Positions 24,748 to 31,384 of a DNA stretch of 33,094 bases are shown piece by piece (the stretch's first letter is position 1; each line of letters begins with the position of its first letter). Source of the stretch: a virus; IMG/VR virus record IMGVR_UViG_3300029338_000016. One strand, written 5' to 3'. The notes below the pieces were generated by a model. That model did not search any database and was not told where the DNA came from. It saw only the letters and a list, made by a program, of their open reading frames with translations. Both the position numbers and the translations under genes were made by a program.

Positions 24748-24880
24748 TGTTCCCGCCGCCCCTCCGAAGCGCTCTGAAAAGCACGTTCAAAACGATGTAG
24801 ACGATCACAACGGAAGCGGCGACGCAAGCAACGCCGCAAAGCATATAAAAGGCGTTCACCATGAATTGATACATTGTCAT
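24734..24880 (-). CDS. Small (48 aa) single-TM protein
   Basis: MTMYQFMVNAFYMLCGVACVAASVVIVYIVLNVLFRALRRGGGNNGRY. An ATGA overlap joins it to the upstream gene, and its 3' end overlaps the next start. Confidence 0.5.
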   Translation of the reverse strand: MTMYQFMVNAFYMLCGVACVAASVVIVYIVLNVLFRALRRGGGNNGRY

Positions 24881-25515
24881 TCGTCAGCCCTCCCGAAAAC
24901 CTCTTCCGCGTCGATGTCCCACGCGGCGGCAATGTGCTTCATCATATCGACGGCTTCGGCGCGCTTCTTCTGTTCCTCTGCGTTCTCGCCGTTTAAGTAC
25001 GATACCAAGATTTCAGATTTGAGATTGCAAAGCGGGCGAACGCCATTGCCGCCGCCGAACGCAGGGCTGTAGTTCAAAGAGCCGTCCGAATAGACGTTAC
25101 GGACGAAAGAATTTATCGGGCTGTCCGGTGTAGCCGTCCACCACCAACGATCCGGAAGCGCCGGAGTGTTGCCGCGCAAAAGGCGGTATTCCTCGCAAGT
25201 GATAAGCCCGATCCGGACGCGATCGCCGCCGTAATTCTTCAAGCCGTCGTCGGCGGTCAAGTCGATGTTGAAATACTCGAACATTTCTTCCGGCGCGCCC
25301 GCCTTAATCAGACGGCGCAAGAATTCGCCGTTCAGATAGGCGCGAAGGGAAGAAGCGGCAAAGTCGTTCTTGTTCCCTTCATCGAAGGCGCGTTCCTCGA
25401 CGCAATCGGAAGTAATGCACTTCACCCAATCCGCGCCCGTCTGAATGACCGTCCAAGCGATCCCGCCCATTGTGAATTCCTGTTTCGGCTCGAAGCCGTG
25501 TTTGTTCTCTTTCAT
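24877..25515 (-). CDS. DGR target protein 2: small (212 aa) C-type-lectin-like protein carrying VR2 (aa 138-162); early-region, non-structural context
   Basis: RWWWTATP...VRNVYSDGSLNYSPAFGGGNGVRPLCNLKSEILVS is paralogous to the VR domain of target 1. Start at MKENKHGF (ATG at 25515) behind the shared RBS motif. The ORF-track extension to 25638 overlaps the MazG-like gene. Confidence 0.8.
   Translation of the reverse strand: MKENKHGFEPKQEFTMGGIAWTVIQTGADWVKCITSDCVEERAFDEGNKNDFAASSLRAYLNGEFLRRLIKAGAPEEMFEYFNIDLTADDGLKNYGGDRVRIGLITCEEYRLLRGNTPALPDRWWWTATPDSPINSFVRNVYSDGSLNYSPAFGGGNGVRPLCNLKSEILVSYLNGENAEEQKKRAEAVDMMKHIAAAWDIDAEEVFGRADE
25030..25104 (-). repeat. DGR variable region VR2 (75 nt, matches the 3' three-quarters of the TR)
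   Basis: Gap-free alignment to TR 5643-5717 with 12 differences, 10 at TR adenines and 2 C->T. Homology to the TR is lost upstream of GTCCGTAACGTC. Confidence 0.85.
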
Positions 25516-25534
25516 ATTGAATAGCTCCTTTCCT

Positions 25535-25867
25535 TTAACACTTCTTGCCGCCGTGCCGATACGGGCGGCTTTTGTTGTATTCGTGCTTCTGTGAGATCGC
25601 CGCGTCAATGTCGATCCCTGCGTATCCGCAATAATCAAGAACGCGAATAATCACGTCCGCAAGCTCCGTCGGGATACCTTCGGGCTTGCCGCTGTCGCTG
25701 AAATAGATTTCTGTTGCGCCGTGTCCGTTGCGGTATTCCTCCAGCGCTTCGGATACCTCCGAATGAATGAGCGCTAAAACCTCCGGAAATCCGCGTTCTT
25801 CGTCCCACCAGCCGTGGGCGACGGCGTTTTCGTGAATTTCCTTCGCAACCTCGTTAATACCTGTCAT
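25535..25867 (-). CDS. MazG-like nucleotide pyrophosphohydrolase
   Basis: EIHENAVAHGWWDE...LIHSEVSEALEE...ELADVIIRVLDY motifs. Confidence 0.8.
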   Translation of the reverse strand: MTGINEVAKEIHENAVAHGWWDEERGFPEVLALIHSEVSEALEEYRNGHGATEIYFSDSGKPEGIPTELADVIIRVLDYCGYAGIDIDAAISQKHEYNKSRPYRHGGKKC

Positions 25868-26198
25868 TGTCTTTTGCCCTCTCCTTCAATTCTTTTTCGG
25901 CGTTGTCGTCGGCTTCTGCCGTTCGGCAATCGCATTTTTCGCCGCTGTCAAGATGTGCGCCGCAAAGCGGGCATTCCTTGTATGGTGTCGCCATGTTGTT
26001 CTCCTTCTTGATAATCAGCCGCCGGAAGCCGTCGGCGCATAGCGTCAAGCCGTGTTCCTTCACGTACTCCCGCCGCCGTGCGGCTTCTGCCGCTTCCCAG
26101 CCGCAAGAAGCGCATTCCGAAGGCTTGCATTTCTGCGCCTTCTCCGGATCAATGCCCAGCAAGCACTTCAAGGGCGGCTTTTCCTGTCGGTTATTCAT
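25854..26198 (-). CDS. Cys-rich hypothetical protein
   Basis: 114-aa ORF in an operon context with overlapping stops and starts. CxxC pairs present. No family was recognised. Confidence 0.55.
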   Translation of the reverse strand: MNNRQEKPPLKCLLGIDPEKAQKCKPSECASCGWEAAEAARRREYVKEHGLTLCADGFRRLIIKKENNMATPYKECPLCGAHLDSGEKCDCRTAEADDNAEKELKERAKDNDRY

Positions 26199-26643
26199 TC
26201 TTCACCCGCTCCCCGTTATAGATAACTACCATTGACGGGAAGGGCGCGGGATCGGCGGCGTTTCCGTCGTCGTCCGTGAACCGTAGCCGCCCGCGCACGA
26301 AGCGGATTTCCGCTTTCCCGTAAATGTAATCGTGAAAATATGCCGTATCCGTCCGCGCTGGGATAAGTAAAACAATCGGATACCCCCCCCGCGCTTCCTC
26401 GAAAGCCTTTTGAACCCACTTGCCGATCTCGCGTCCGTAAGGCGGATTGCAGAATACCGCGCCGCCGCGATCCCAGCTTTGCGAAAGCCCGTCCGTTTCC
26501 GGCGTGTAATACAAAGAGCATTTCGCCGTCTTGTCGGTCGCCGCCGGATCAAGCACGAAGCCGAATTCGGCGTTCAGCTTGTCGAAGAAGTCTTGCGGCG
26601 TACACCAGCACATATTTTTAGAGGATAGAAGCGCCGCGTTCAT
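26191..26643 (-). CDS. Phage Dam-type N6-adenine DNA methyltransferase
   Basis: WCTPQDFFDKLNAEFGFVLDPAA...FCNPPYGREI...LLIPARTDTAYF...RGRLRF is typical of the phage Dam family. Confidence 0.88.
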   Translation of the reverse strand: MNAALLSSKNMCWCTPQDFFDKLNAEFGFVLDPAATDKTAKCSLYYTPETDGLSQSWDRGGAVFCNPPYGREIGKWVQKAFEEARGGYPIVLLIPARTDTAYFHDYIYGKAEIRFVRGRLRFTDDDGNAADPAPFPSMVVIYNGERVKNE

Positions 26644-27314
26644 TCGTCCGCCACCTCGCTTTCCTCGACAACCTCGCCCGTGTCCGGATCAACGTTCAAG
26701 GAACATTGTTCCGGTTCTGTGAATGTGAAGCGGTCGCGGGCTTCGCGTTCCCTGCGTTCCTTTTCGGAAAGGGAAAATTCGCATTCCCGCGTTAAGCCCT
26801 GCAAGCTCTCCACGAACTGCTGATTGATAACGTCATACGGCATAATCACCGCTTGAAGCAGGAAGCCCGCCTTCGCGACGATGTAGGGCGCTCCCTCCGC
26901 CGTGCGGCGTTCGTAAAGCTCCAGCACGTCCAGCACGTCAGCAACGGGCGAAAGATAGCGGCTTTCGATGAATACCAGCCCGCGCGTTGTGCGGATCGGC
27001 TTCAAGGTTCGTCCGGAATAGATGATCGAAATTCCTTCCCGCTCGACGTGTCTTTCCGTTTCGTCTGTGTCCTCGAAACTGATACCCGCCGGAACGCCCA
27101 GCGTTTTCACAAAGTAATTATCGCGGTCTTTCTCCGGAACGTCGAAGATCGTCAAAAGGCTTTCTTTGTCAAGCTGGGGAAGCCCGACAACCGGATAAAC
27201 CGCCGATCCGTCGCCGATGTACTGCGTTAATATGTCGCCGTCGTTGCTGTACCGCTCGAAGATCGCAATATTCTTGTTCTTCTTGCAGATAGCGGCGATA
27301 CTTTTAATCTTCAT
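26640..27314 (-). CDS. Hypothetical protein (224 aa, acidic C-terminus)
   Basis: ORF with a GGAGGG RBS. No family was recognised. Confidence 0.65.
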   Translation of the reverse strand: MKIKSIAAICKKNKNIAIFERYSNDGDILTQYIGDGSAVYPVVGLPQLDKESLLTIFDVPEKDRDNYFVKTLGVPAGISFEDTDETERHVEREGISIIYSGRTLKPIRTTRGLVFIESRYLSPVADVLDVLELYERRTAEGAPYIVAKAGFLLQAVIMPYDVINQQFVESLQGLTRECEFSLSEKERREREARDRFTFTEPEQCSLNVDPDTGEVVEESEVADE

Positions 27315-27567
27315 CTTCGCCGCCCTCCGTTTCCTCTGCGTCCGCGTCGTGCCGTTCTACAATAGCCGGAAAGTCAATGCGCGGCGCGCGGATCGCCAGC
27401 GCGATTTGGCAACCGCAAACCGGACAATCAACCGCCGAAAAGCGCGTCGGTGCTTTCGTCAGCATATCCGCCATAGAACGCGGTTCTTCCGCCGTGTAGA
27501 TGTTTTCCCGCTCCGGTGTGAAGCGATAGCCGCAAACGCGGCATTCTGTCTTTTTCTTGCTGAACAT
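27304..27567 (-). CDS. Small zinc-ribbon protein (87 aa)
   Basis: CRVCGY...CPVCGC. Start at MFSKKK (ATG at 27567) behind the shared RBS motif. Confidence 0.6.
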   Translation of the reverse strand: MFSKKKTECRVCGYRFTPERENIYTAEEPRSMADMLTKAPTRFSAVDCPVCGCQIALAIRAPRIDFPAIVERHDADAEETEGGEDED

Positions 27568-27592
27568 AATTGAATAGCTCCTTTCGTGTGAT

Positions 27593-27895
27593 TTAATATT
27601 TACCGTAGACGCGGACGGCGGTTTTCCCGCCATGCGCCGCCGCCGATACGATAGCCGAAGGCATAAAGGAAACGCGCAAGAAGTCCCGCGCGGCGCGCTT
27701 CGCAAGCCGCCATGTAATCAACTTCGCGTTCGGCTCTTCCGCCGCCGTGTCGTCGATCGGATATTCGCAAATAAGCACGGTGTTTCCGAACGGGCGGCGC
27801 GCCGGACGTTCCTTCATAAACTCTTTGTTTCCTTCCTTGCACTTGATAATTTCAAGCGCCTTCGGGAACTGCCAGCCGCTTTTGTTGTCCTTCAT
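27593..27895 (-). CDS. Hypothetical protein (100 aa)
   Basis: ORF with a GGGAGGG RBS. No family was recognised. Confidence 0.6.
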   Translation of the reverse strand: MKDNKSGWQFPKALEIIKCKEGNKEFMKERPARRPFGNTVLICEYPIDDTAAEEPNAKLITWRLAKRAARDFLRVSFMPSAIVSAAAHGGKTAVRVYGKY

Positions 27896-27909
27896 TGTGT
27901 GTCCCTCCC

Positions 27910-28926
27910 TTAATCTGTGTACGGGCTTTCAAGCGTCCAGCCGAAGCAATCCGTACTTTTCCATTTCATTGTGAAGTGATTGCGCCGCCCGTCGCCCGTG
28001 AAGAAGCAGTATTCCGCCGGAAGCACCCGCCCGACGTTTTCTTCGCCGTCCCGCTCCGCGCGGTATCGTGTCAGCACGTCCGCCGCAAGAAGGGCGAATT
28101 CCTCTTTCACGGGATATTCGGGATCGTAGCCGCTGAACTGATAGGGCGCTTCGATAACCTCCAGCACCGTGTCGGGGAAGCGCGGATCGTCAACGCGGTT
28201 CAGAACGCACCATACAACCGCCGCTTGCTCCGTCGTAGAAGGAACGATCCCCGCTTCGCCGTAGATCAGCTTTGCAAGGGCTTCAACCTCCGCCGTGTTC
28301 GGCACATATCCCGCCACCGTCCCGCTCGAAGGAAGAAGAACGGCGGTCGGCTGGTGTACCTCTTCAAGCGTTCCGGCGGTCGTATCCTTCGGCTTGTCCG
28401 CCGCACCGCTCCCGCTCCACGGCATAAGCGCCGCAAGAAGGGCGGCGACGGTCAGCAACGCAACCGTAAGGGCGACGCGACGGCGAAGCATTGCCCGCCG
28501 CCGTCGTTGTGCCACCTCCGCCGCCGGAAGGGAAAGCCACCATTCCGGATTGTTCCGGAACTGCTCATTCGCGCAAGCGTCGCAATTCTCCGCCGTGCAG
28601 GAAGAGCAATAACGCTTCTGAAAAGCCGCGTCCCACGGCGCTTCAATGCAAGGAAGGGAACGAAGGAAGCCCGCCAGCGTGGGCTTGTCCTTCGTGATAG
28701 CGTCAAATACCGAAGTGAACTGCCGAACGTTCAAAACTTCGTCGCCGATAATGCACCCGTTCGCGATCTGCTCTTTGATGAACTCAACGCACGGCATTTC
28801 CTCCGAAACGTGAAGATCATTGAACCGCGCTTCCGCTTCCTCGAAGCTGTCGAAGGTAACGGCGTTTGCGACGGACGCTTCGCCGTCGTATTCCCATAAA
28901 CGGATTTTGTATCGTGTTGTACTCAT
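27910..28926 (-). CDS. Membrane-anchored SleB-type cell-wall hydrolase: N-terminal unknown domain, one TM, C-terminal hydrolase
   Basis: LIYGEAGIVPSTTEQAAVVWCVLNRVDDPRFPDTVLEVIEAPYQFSGY resembles the SleB/Hydrolase_2 core. TM segment RRVALTVALLTVAALLAALMPW. Start at MSTTRYK (ATG at 28926) behind the shared RBS motif. Confidence 0.7.
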   Translation of the reverse strand: MSTTRYKIRLWEYDGEASVANAVTFDSFEEAEARFNDLHVSEEMPCVEFIKEQIANGCIIGDEVLNVRQFTSVFDAITKDKPTLAGFLRSLPCIEAPWDAAFQKRYCSSCTAENCDACANEQFRNNPEWWLSLPAAEVAQRRRRAMLRRRVALTVALLTVAALLAALMPWSGSGAADKPKDTTAGTLEEVHQPTAVLLPSSGTVAGYVPNTAEVEALAKLIYGEAGIVPSTTEQAAVVWCVLNRVDDPRFPDTVLEVIEAPYQFSGYDPEYPVKEEFALLAADVLTRYRAERDGEENVGRVLPAEYCFFTGDGRRNHFTMKWKSTDCFGWTLESPYTD

Positions 28927-28948
28927 TCCGAATAGCTCCTTTCCCGCG

Positions 28949-29179
28949 TTACTCTTCAATGCCGATATAAAGCACGTTTTCATCGGCGCGAAGCTCCGTG
29001 ATCTTGCAATATGCGTATTTGTTCATTTCGTCGTGTGCGAAGTGCTTATACAAGCCCCTGTAAATGTCCCGCTTCTGATAGCCGCATTCCCGAACGTAGA
29101 TATACACGTTCGTAAATCCGCTAATTACGTAGCCGATCGTTTGAAGTGCCACGTTGTTTGCGATCCTCTTCATCTTCAT
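28949..29179 (-). CDS. Small hypothetical protein (76 aa)
   Basis: Start at MKMKRIANN (ATG at 29179) behind the shared RBS motif. Confidence 0.55.
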   Translation of the reverse strand: MKMKRIANNVALQTIGYVISGFTNVYIYVRECGYQKRDIYRGLYKHFAHDEMNKYAYCKITELRADENVLYIGIEE

Positions 29180-29201
29180 ATTGAATAGCTCCTTTCGTAT
29201 T

Positions 29202-29453
29202 TCAGCAATTCGCGCCGCGTCGGTTTCCTCTGCGTCGGAAATTCTCTTGCACCGTCGCTTGTGCAAGATCGGCGCTGTACTTCGGGCGGGCGTAGCCGTC
29301 AAACTCTCCCGTATAGCCACGCTTCAACTCTTCGTAGATAGCGGCGGCGCTCCTTTTCAGACGGGCGGCAATGTCAACAACGCGTTCACCCTCTGCATAC
29401 ATTCTTTCGATCTCGCGGCGCTGTTCCAGCGTCAAATAACTGTATCCGTTCAA
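29202..29453 (-). CDS. Small HTH protein related to the N-terminal HTH of IS30-type transposases
   Basis: TTG start 8 nt after GGAGG. LTLEQRREIERMYAEGERVVDIAARLKRSAAAIYEELKRG parallels LTWTDRLKIEKGLKEGLKPCAIADRLHVHNTTIYRELKRG of the neighbouring transposase. Confidence 0.6.
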   Translation of the reverse strand: MNGYSYLTLEQRREIERMYAEGERVVDIAARLKRSAAAIYEELKRGYTGEFDGYARPKYSADLAQATVQENFRRRGNRRGANC

Positions 29454-29483
29454 TGTTTTAACCTCCTTCCGCCTGCCTTCGGA

Positions 29484-29527
29484 TAAAAAAATAATGCAGA
29501 AAAAAACGTAACGGTTTCTTCTGCATT
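29484..29527 (-). terminator. Intrinsic terminator after the IS30-type transposase gene
   Basis: Minus strand AAUGCAGAA - 17-nt loop - UUCUGCAUU, followed by AUUUUUUUAU. Confidence 0.6.
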
Positions 29528-29529
29528 TA

Positions 29530-29558
29530 ATGATACTCTCAACATACGCAAAAGTCAA
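29530..29558 (-). promoter_or_regulatory. Candidate promoter TTGACT - 17 nt - TATCAT for the HTH gene and downstream early genes
   Basis: Read on the minus strand. The predicted start site falls inside the 5' arm of the adjacent hairpin. Confidence 0.45.
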
Positions 29559-29599
29559 GAGTAAAAGCAGAAAAAACTAAAATATTTTTTCAGAAGGCT

Positions 29600-30637
29600 T
29601 CAAGCGGCTTCGGCGACGTATCTTTCAAAGAGCGATCCGGACGTTTCAAAGCCTAAAATCTCGCGCGGGTAATTGTTGATCCACGTTTCGACGCGCTGAA
29701 TATATGCGGCGGTTACTTTCCGGAAGTCTGTTCCTTTCGGCAAGAACCGCCGTATCATTTTGTTTATGTTCTCGTTCGTGCCGCGTTCGTATGCGCTGTA
29801 CGGGTGGCAATAGTAAACCTTCGTGCGCTTCCGGTCTTTGCCGTAGATGGATTTTTCAATTCCGGCGCAATCCATAAATTCCGATCCGTTGTCAAACGTA
29901 ATGCTTTTGAATATCTGTGAAAACTTCTTCCCGAAGCGGCGTTCTAATTTGTTCAGCGCCGCCACGACGCTGGCGGCGGTCTGATCCGGCATTTTGATAA
30001 TAATTTCGTTCCGCGTCAAGCGCTCCGAAAGAACGAACAAGGTTTCCTTCGTCCGCTTCTTCCCGCATACGCAATCGCCTTCCCAATGTCCGAAGGTCTG
30101 CCGATCGTTGATTTCCTGCGGGCGTTCTTCTATGCTTTCGCCTTGCGGCGCGCGGGCGGCTTTCTTCCGCTCCACCTTGTCATACTTCCGCTTTCGCTCT
30201 CCGTGTTCCGGCAAGCTCTCGCGGCTGATCCCGTAGAATATGCCTTTGTCGATGTAATTATAGATCGTCTTTTCGCTGATCTCCGTTTTGAAGGTCAGCC
30301 CCAGCCGCTTGATTTCTCCGACGACGGCGGCGGGGGAATAGCCTTCTTCGCCGATCTTCTTTTCGATGAAGGCGGATAATTCGTAATCGTTGCCGATCTT
30401 CAATTCGCCGCCTTTGGCTTTTAGGTTCTCTTCATAGCGCTGTTGCGCGATCTCCGGCGAATAGCGTTCTTCGGTCGTCAAGTCGGAATTCAAATGCGTG
30501 TAGCGTCCGCGCTTCAACTCCCTGTATATCGTTGTGTTGTGGACGTGCAGACGGTCGGCAATCGCGCACGGCTTTAAGCCCTCTTTCAATCCCTTTTCGA
30601 TCTTTAGGCGATCCGTCCATGTTAAGTGTTTGTGCAT
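29600..30637 (-). CDS. IS30-family DDE transposase
   Basis: N-terminal HTH, then GHWEGD...FDNGSEF...ERGTNENINKMIRRFLPKG (DDE triad context). ATG at 30637 after GGAGGA. Confidence 0.9.
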   Translation of the reverse strand: MHKHLTWTDRLKIEKGLKEGLKPCAIADRLHVHNTTIYRELKRGRYTHLNSDLTTEERYSPEIAQQRYEENLKAKGGELKIGNDYELSAFIEKKIGEEGYSPAAVVGEIKRLGLTFKTEISEKTIYNYIDKGIFYGISRESLPEHGERKRKYDKVERKKAARAPQGESIEERPQEINDRQTFGHWEGDCVCGKKRTKETLFVLSERLTRNEIIIKMPDQTAASVVAALNKLERRFGKKFSQIFKSITFDNGSEFMDCAGIEKSIYGKDRKRTKVYYCHPYSAYERGTNENINKMIRRFLPKGTDFRKVTAAYIQRVETWINNYPREILGFETSGSLFERYVAEAA

Positions 30638-30662
30638 TCTTTCTTCCTCCGGCTTCCGAATA

Positions 30663-30692
30663 TGACAAAAGGGCGGCATTTCTGCCGCCCTT
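30663..30692 (-). terminator. Intrinsic terminator after hicB
   Basis: 10-bp stem aagggcggca / tgccgccctt with a 4-nt loop, followed on the minus strand by TTGTCATATT. Confidence 0.65.
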
Positions 30693-30704
30693 CGCCCTCT
30701 CTGA

Positions 30705-31106
30705 TTATCTGCTTGTGATATGCAATTCGCTTTTAAGCGCCGCTTGCAGGACGGCGGAAAAATTCACGCCAGCCCGCTCCGCTTCAAAGTTAAGCCATGA
30801 AGGAATGGTGCAATTCTTCTTCACGACGCGCATATCGTTCTTTCTGCGGTACTCCGCGAAATCAACGTCAACCAGCGAAACGATCGCGCCGGACGGCGCT
30901 TCGGCTTGTGCGCTTGCAATGCTCGACGCTTCCGGCAATGCTTCGCCGTCGTCCTGCATATCAATTCCCATAAGCCCGATTGCGTCCCGCGCCATCTCGA
31001 TCGCGTCCGGAACGTCCTTGCCCTGCGTATTGATATTGAAATCGGGGACGAATACCACGACGAACTCTTTTCCCTGCGTCATAACGATGGGATATGCTTT
31101 TTTCAT
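30705..31106 (-). CDS. hicB: HicB-family antitoxin (N-terminal HicB fold plus C-terminal RHH-like DNA-binding tail)
   Basis: YPIVMTQGKEFVVVFVPDFNINTQGKDVPDAIEMARDAIGL. C-terminal IPSWLNFEAERAGVNFSAVLQAAL. Lies directly after hicA. Confidence 0.85.
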   Translation of the reverse strand: MKKAYPIVMTQGKEFVVVFVPDFNINTQGKDVPDAIEMARDAIGLMGIDMQDDGEALPEASSIASAQAEAPSGAIVSLVDVDFAEYRRKNDMRVVKKNCTIPSWLNFEAERAGVNFSAVLQAALKSELHITSR

Positions 31107-31158
31107 TCTGAATACCTCCTTGAAACTGTGCTATATATTATCGCCAAGGGCGGCGGGC

Positions 31159-31332
31159 TTATTTCAGCCCGCGCCGCTTGATGATTGCTTTTGCTAACTC
31201 TTCGTCGGTTTCCCTGTGCCTTACGACGCTTTCCCTTTGACCGTCCTTCACGTATATGTCGTGGTTCGCGCCGTGCCGCTTGAACTTCCAGCCGTTTCGT
31301 TCTAAAAGCTCGATAAGGTCTTTTGTTTTCAT
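31159..31332 (-). CDS. hicA: HicA-family mRNA-interferase toxin (57 aa; below the ORF-track length cutoff)
   Basis: Translated by hand: MKTKDLIELLERNGWKFKRHGANHDIYVKDGQRESVVRHRETDEELAKAIIKRRGLK. aaggagg RBS. Confidence 0.8.
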   Translation of the reverse strand: MKTKDLIELLERNGWKFKRHGANHDIYVKDGQRESVVRHRETDEELAKAIIKRRGLK

Positions 31333-31355
31333 TTGCTGTCCTCCTTACATTTACT

Positions 31356-31384
31356 ATTATACGCCTTCAATGCGTATATGTCAA
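31356..31384 (-). promoter_or_regulatory. Consensus promoter TTGACA - 17 nt - TATAAT for hicAB, with a palindromic operator-like sequence in the spacer
   Basis: On the minus strand the -35 is at 31384-31379 and the -10 at 31361-31356. The spacer contains TATACGC-attgaag-GCGTATA. Confidence 0.7.

Noticed and set aside
29484-29558. Promoter followed by a hairpin upstream of the small HTH gene, considered as a transcription attenuator or riboswitch-like leader.
   Set aside because: The predicted start site (~29523) falls inside the 5' arm of the hairpin. Transcripts from this promoter could not form it. The simpler reading is a terminator for the transposase gene abutting the next promoter.
29582-30664. 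Candidate IS30 terminal inverted repeats: ATATTTTTTCAGAAGGC at 29582-29598 versus ATATTCGGAAGCC on the opposite strand at 30651-30663.
   Set aside because: The match is only partial and needs a 4-nt gap. No flanking direct repeat is present. This is not strong enough to call a bounded mobile element, so only the transposase CDS is reported.
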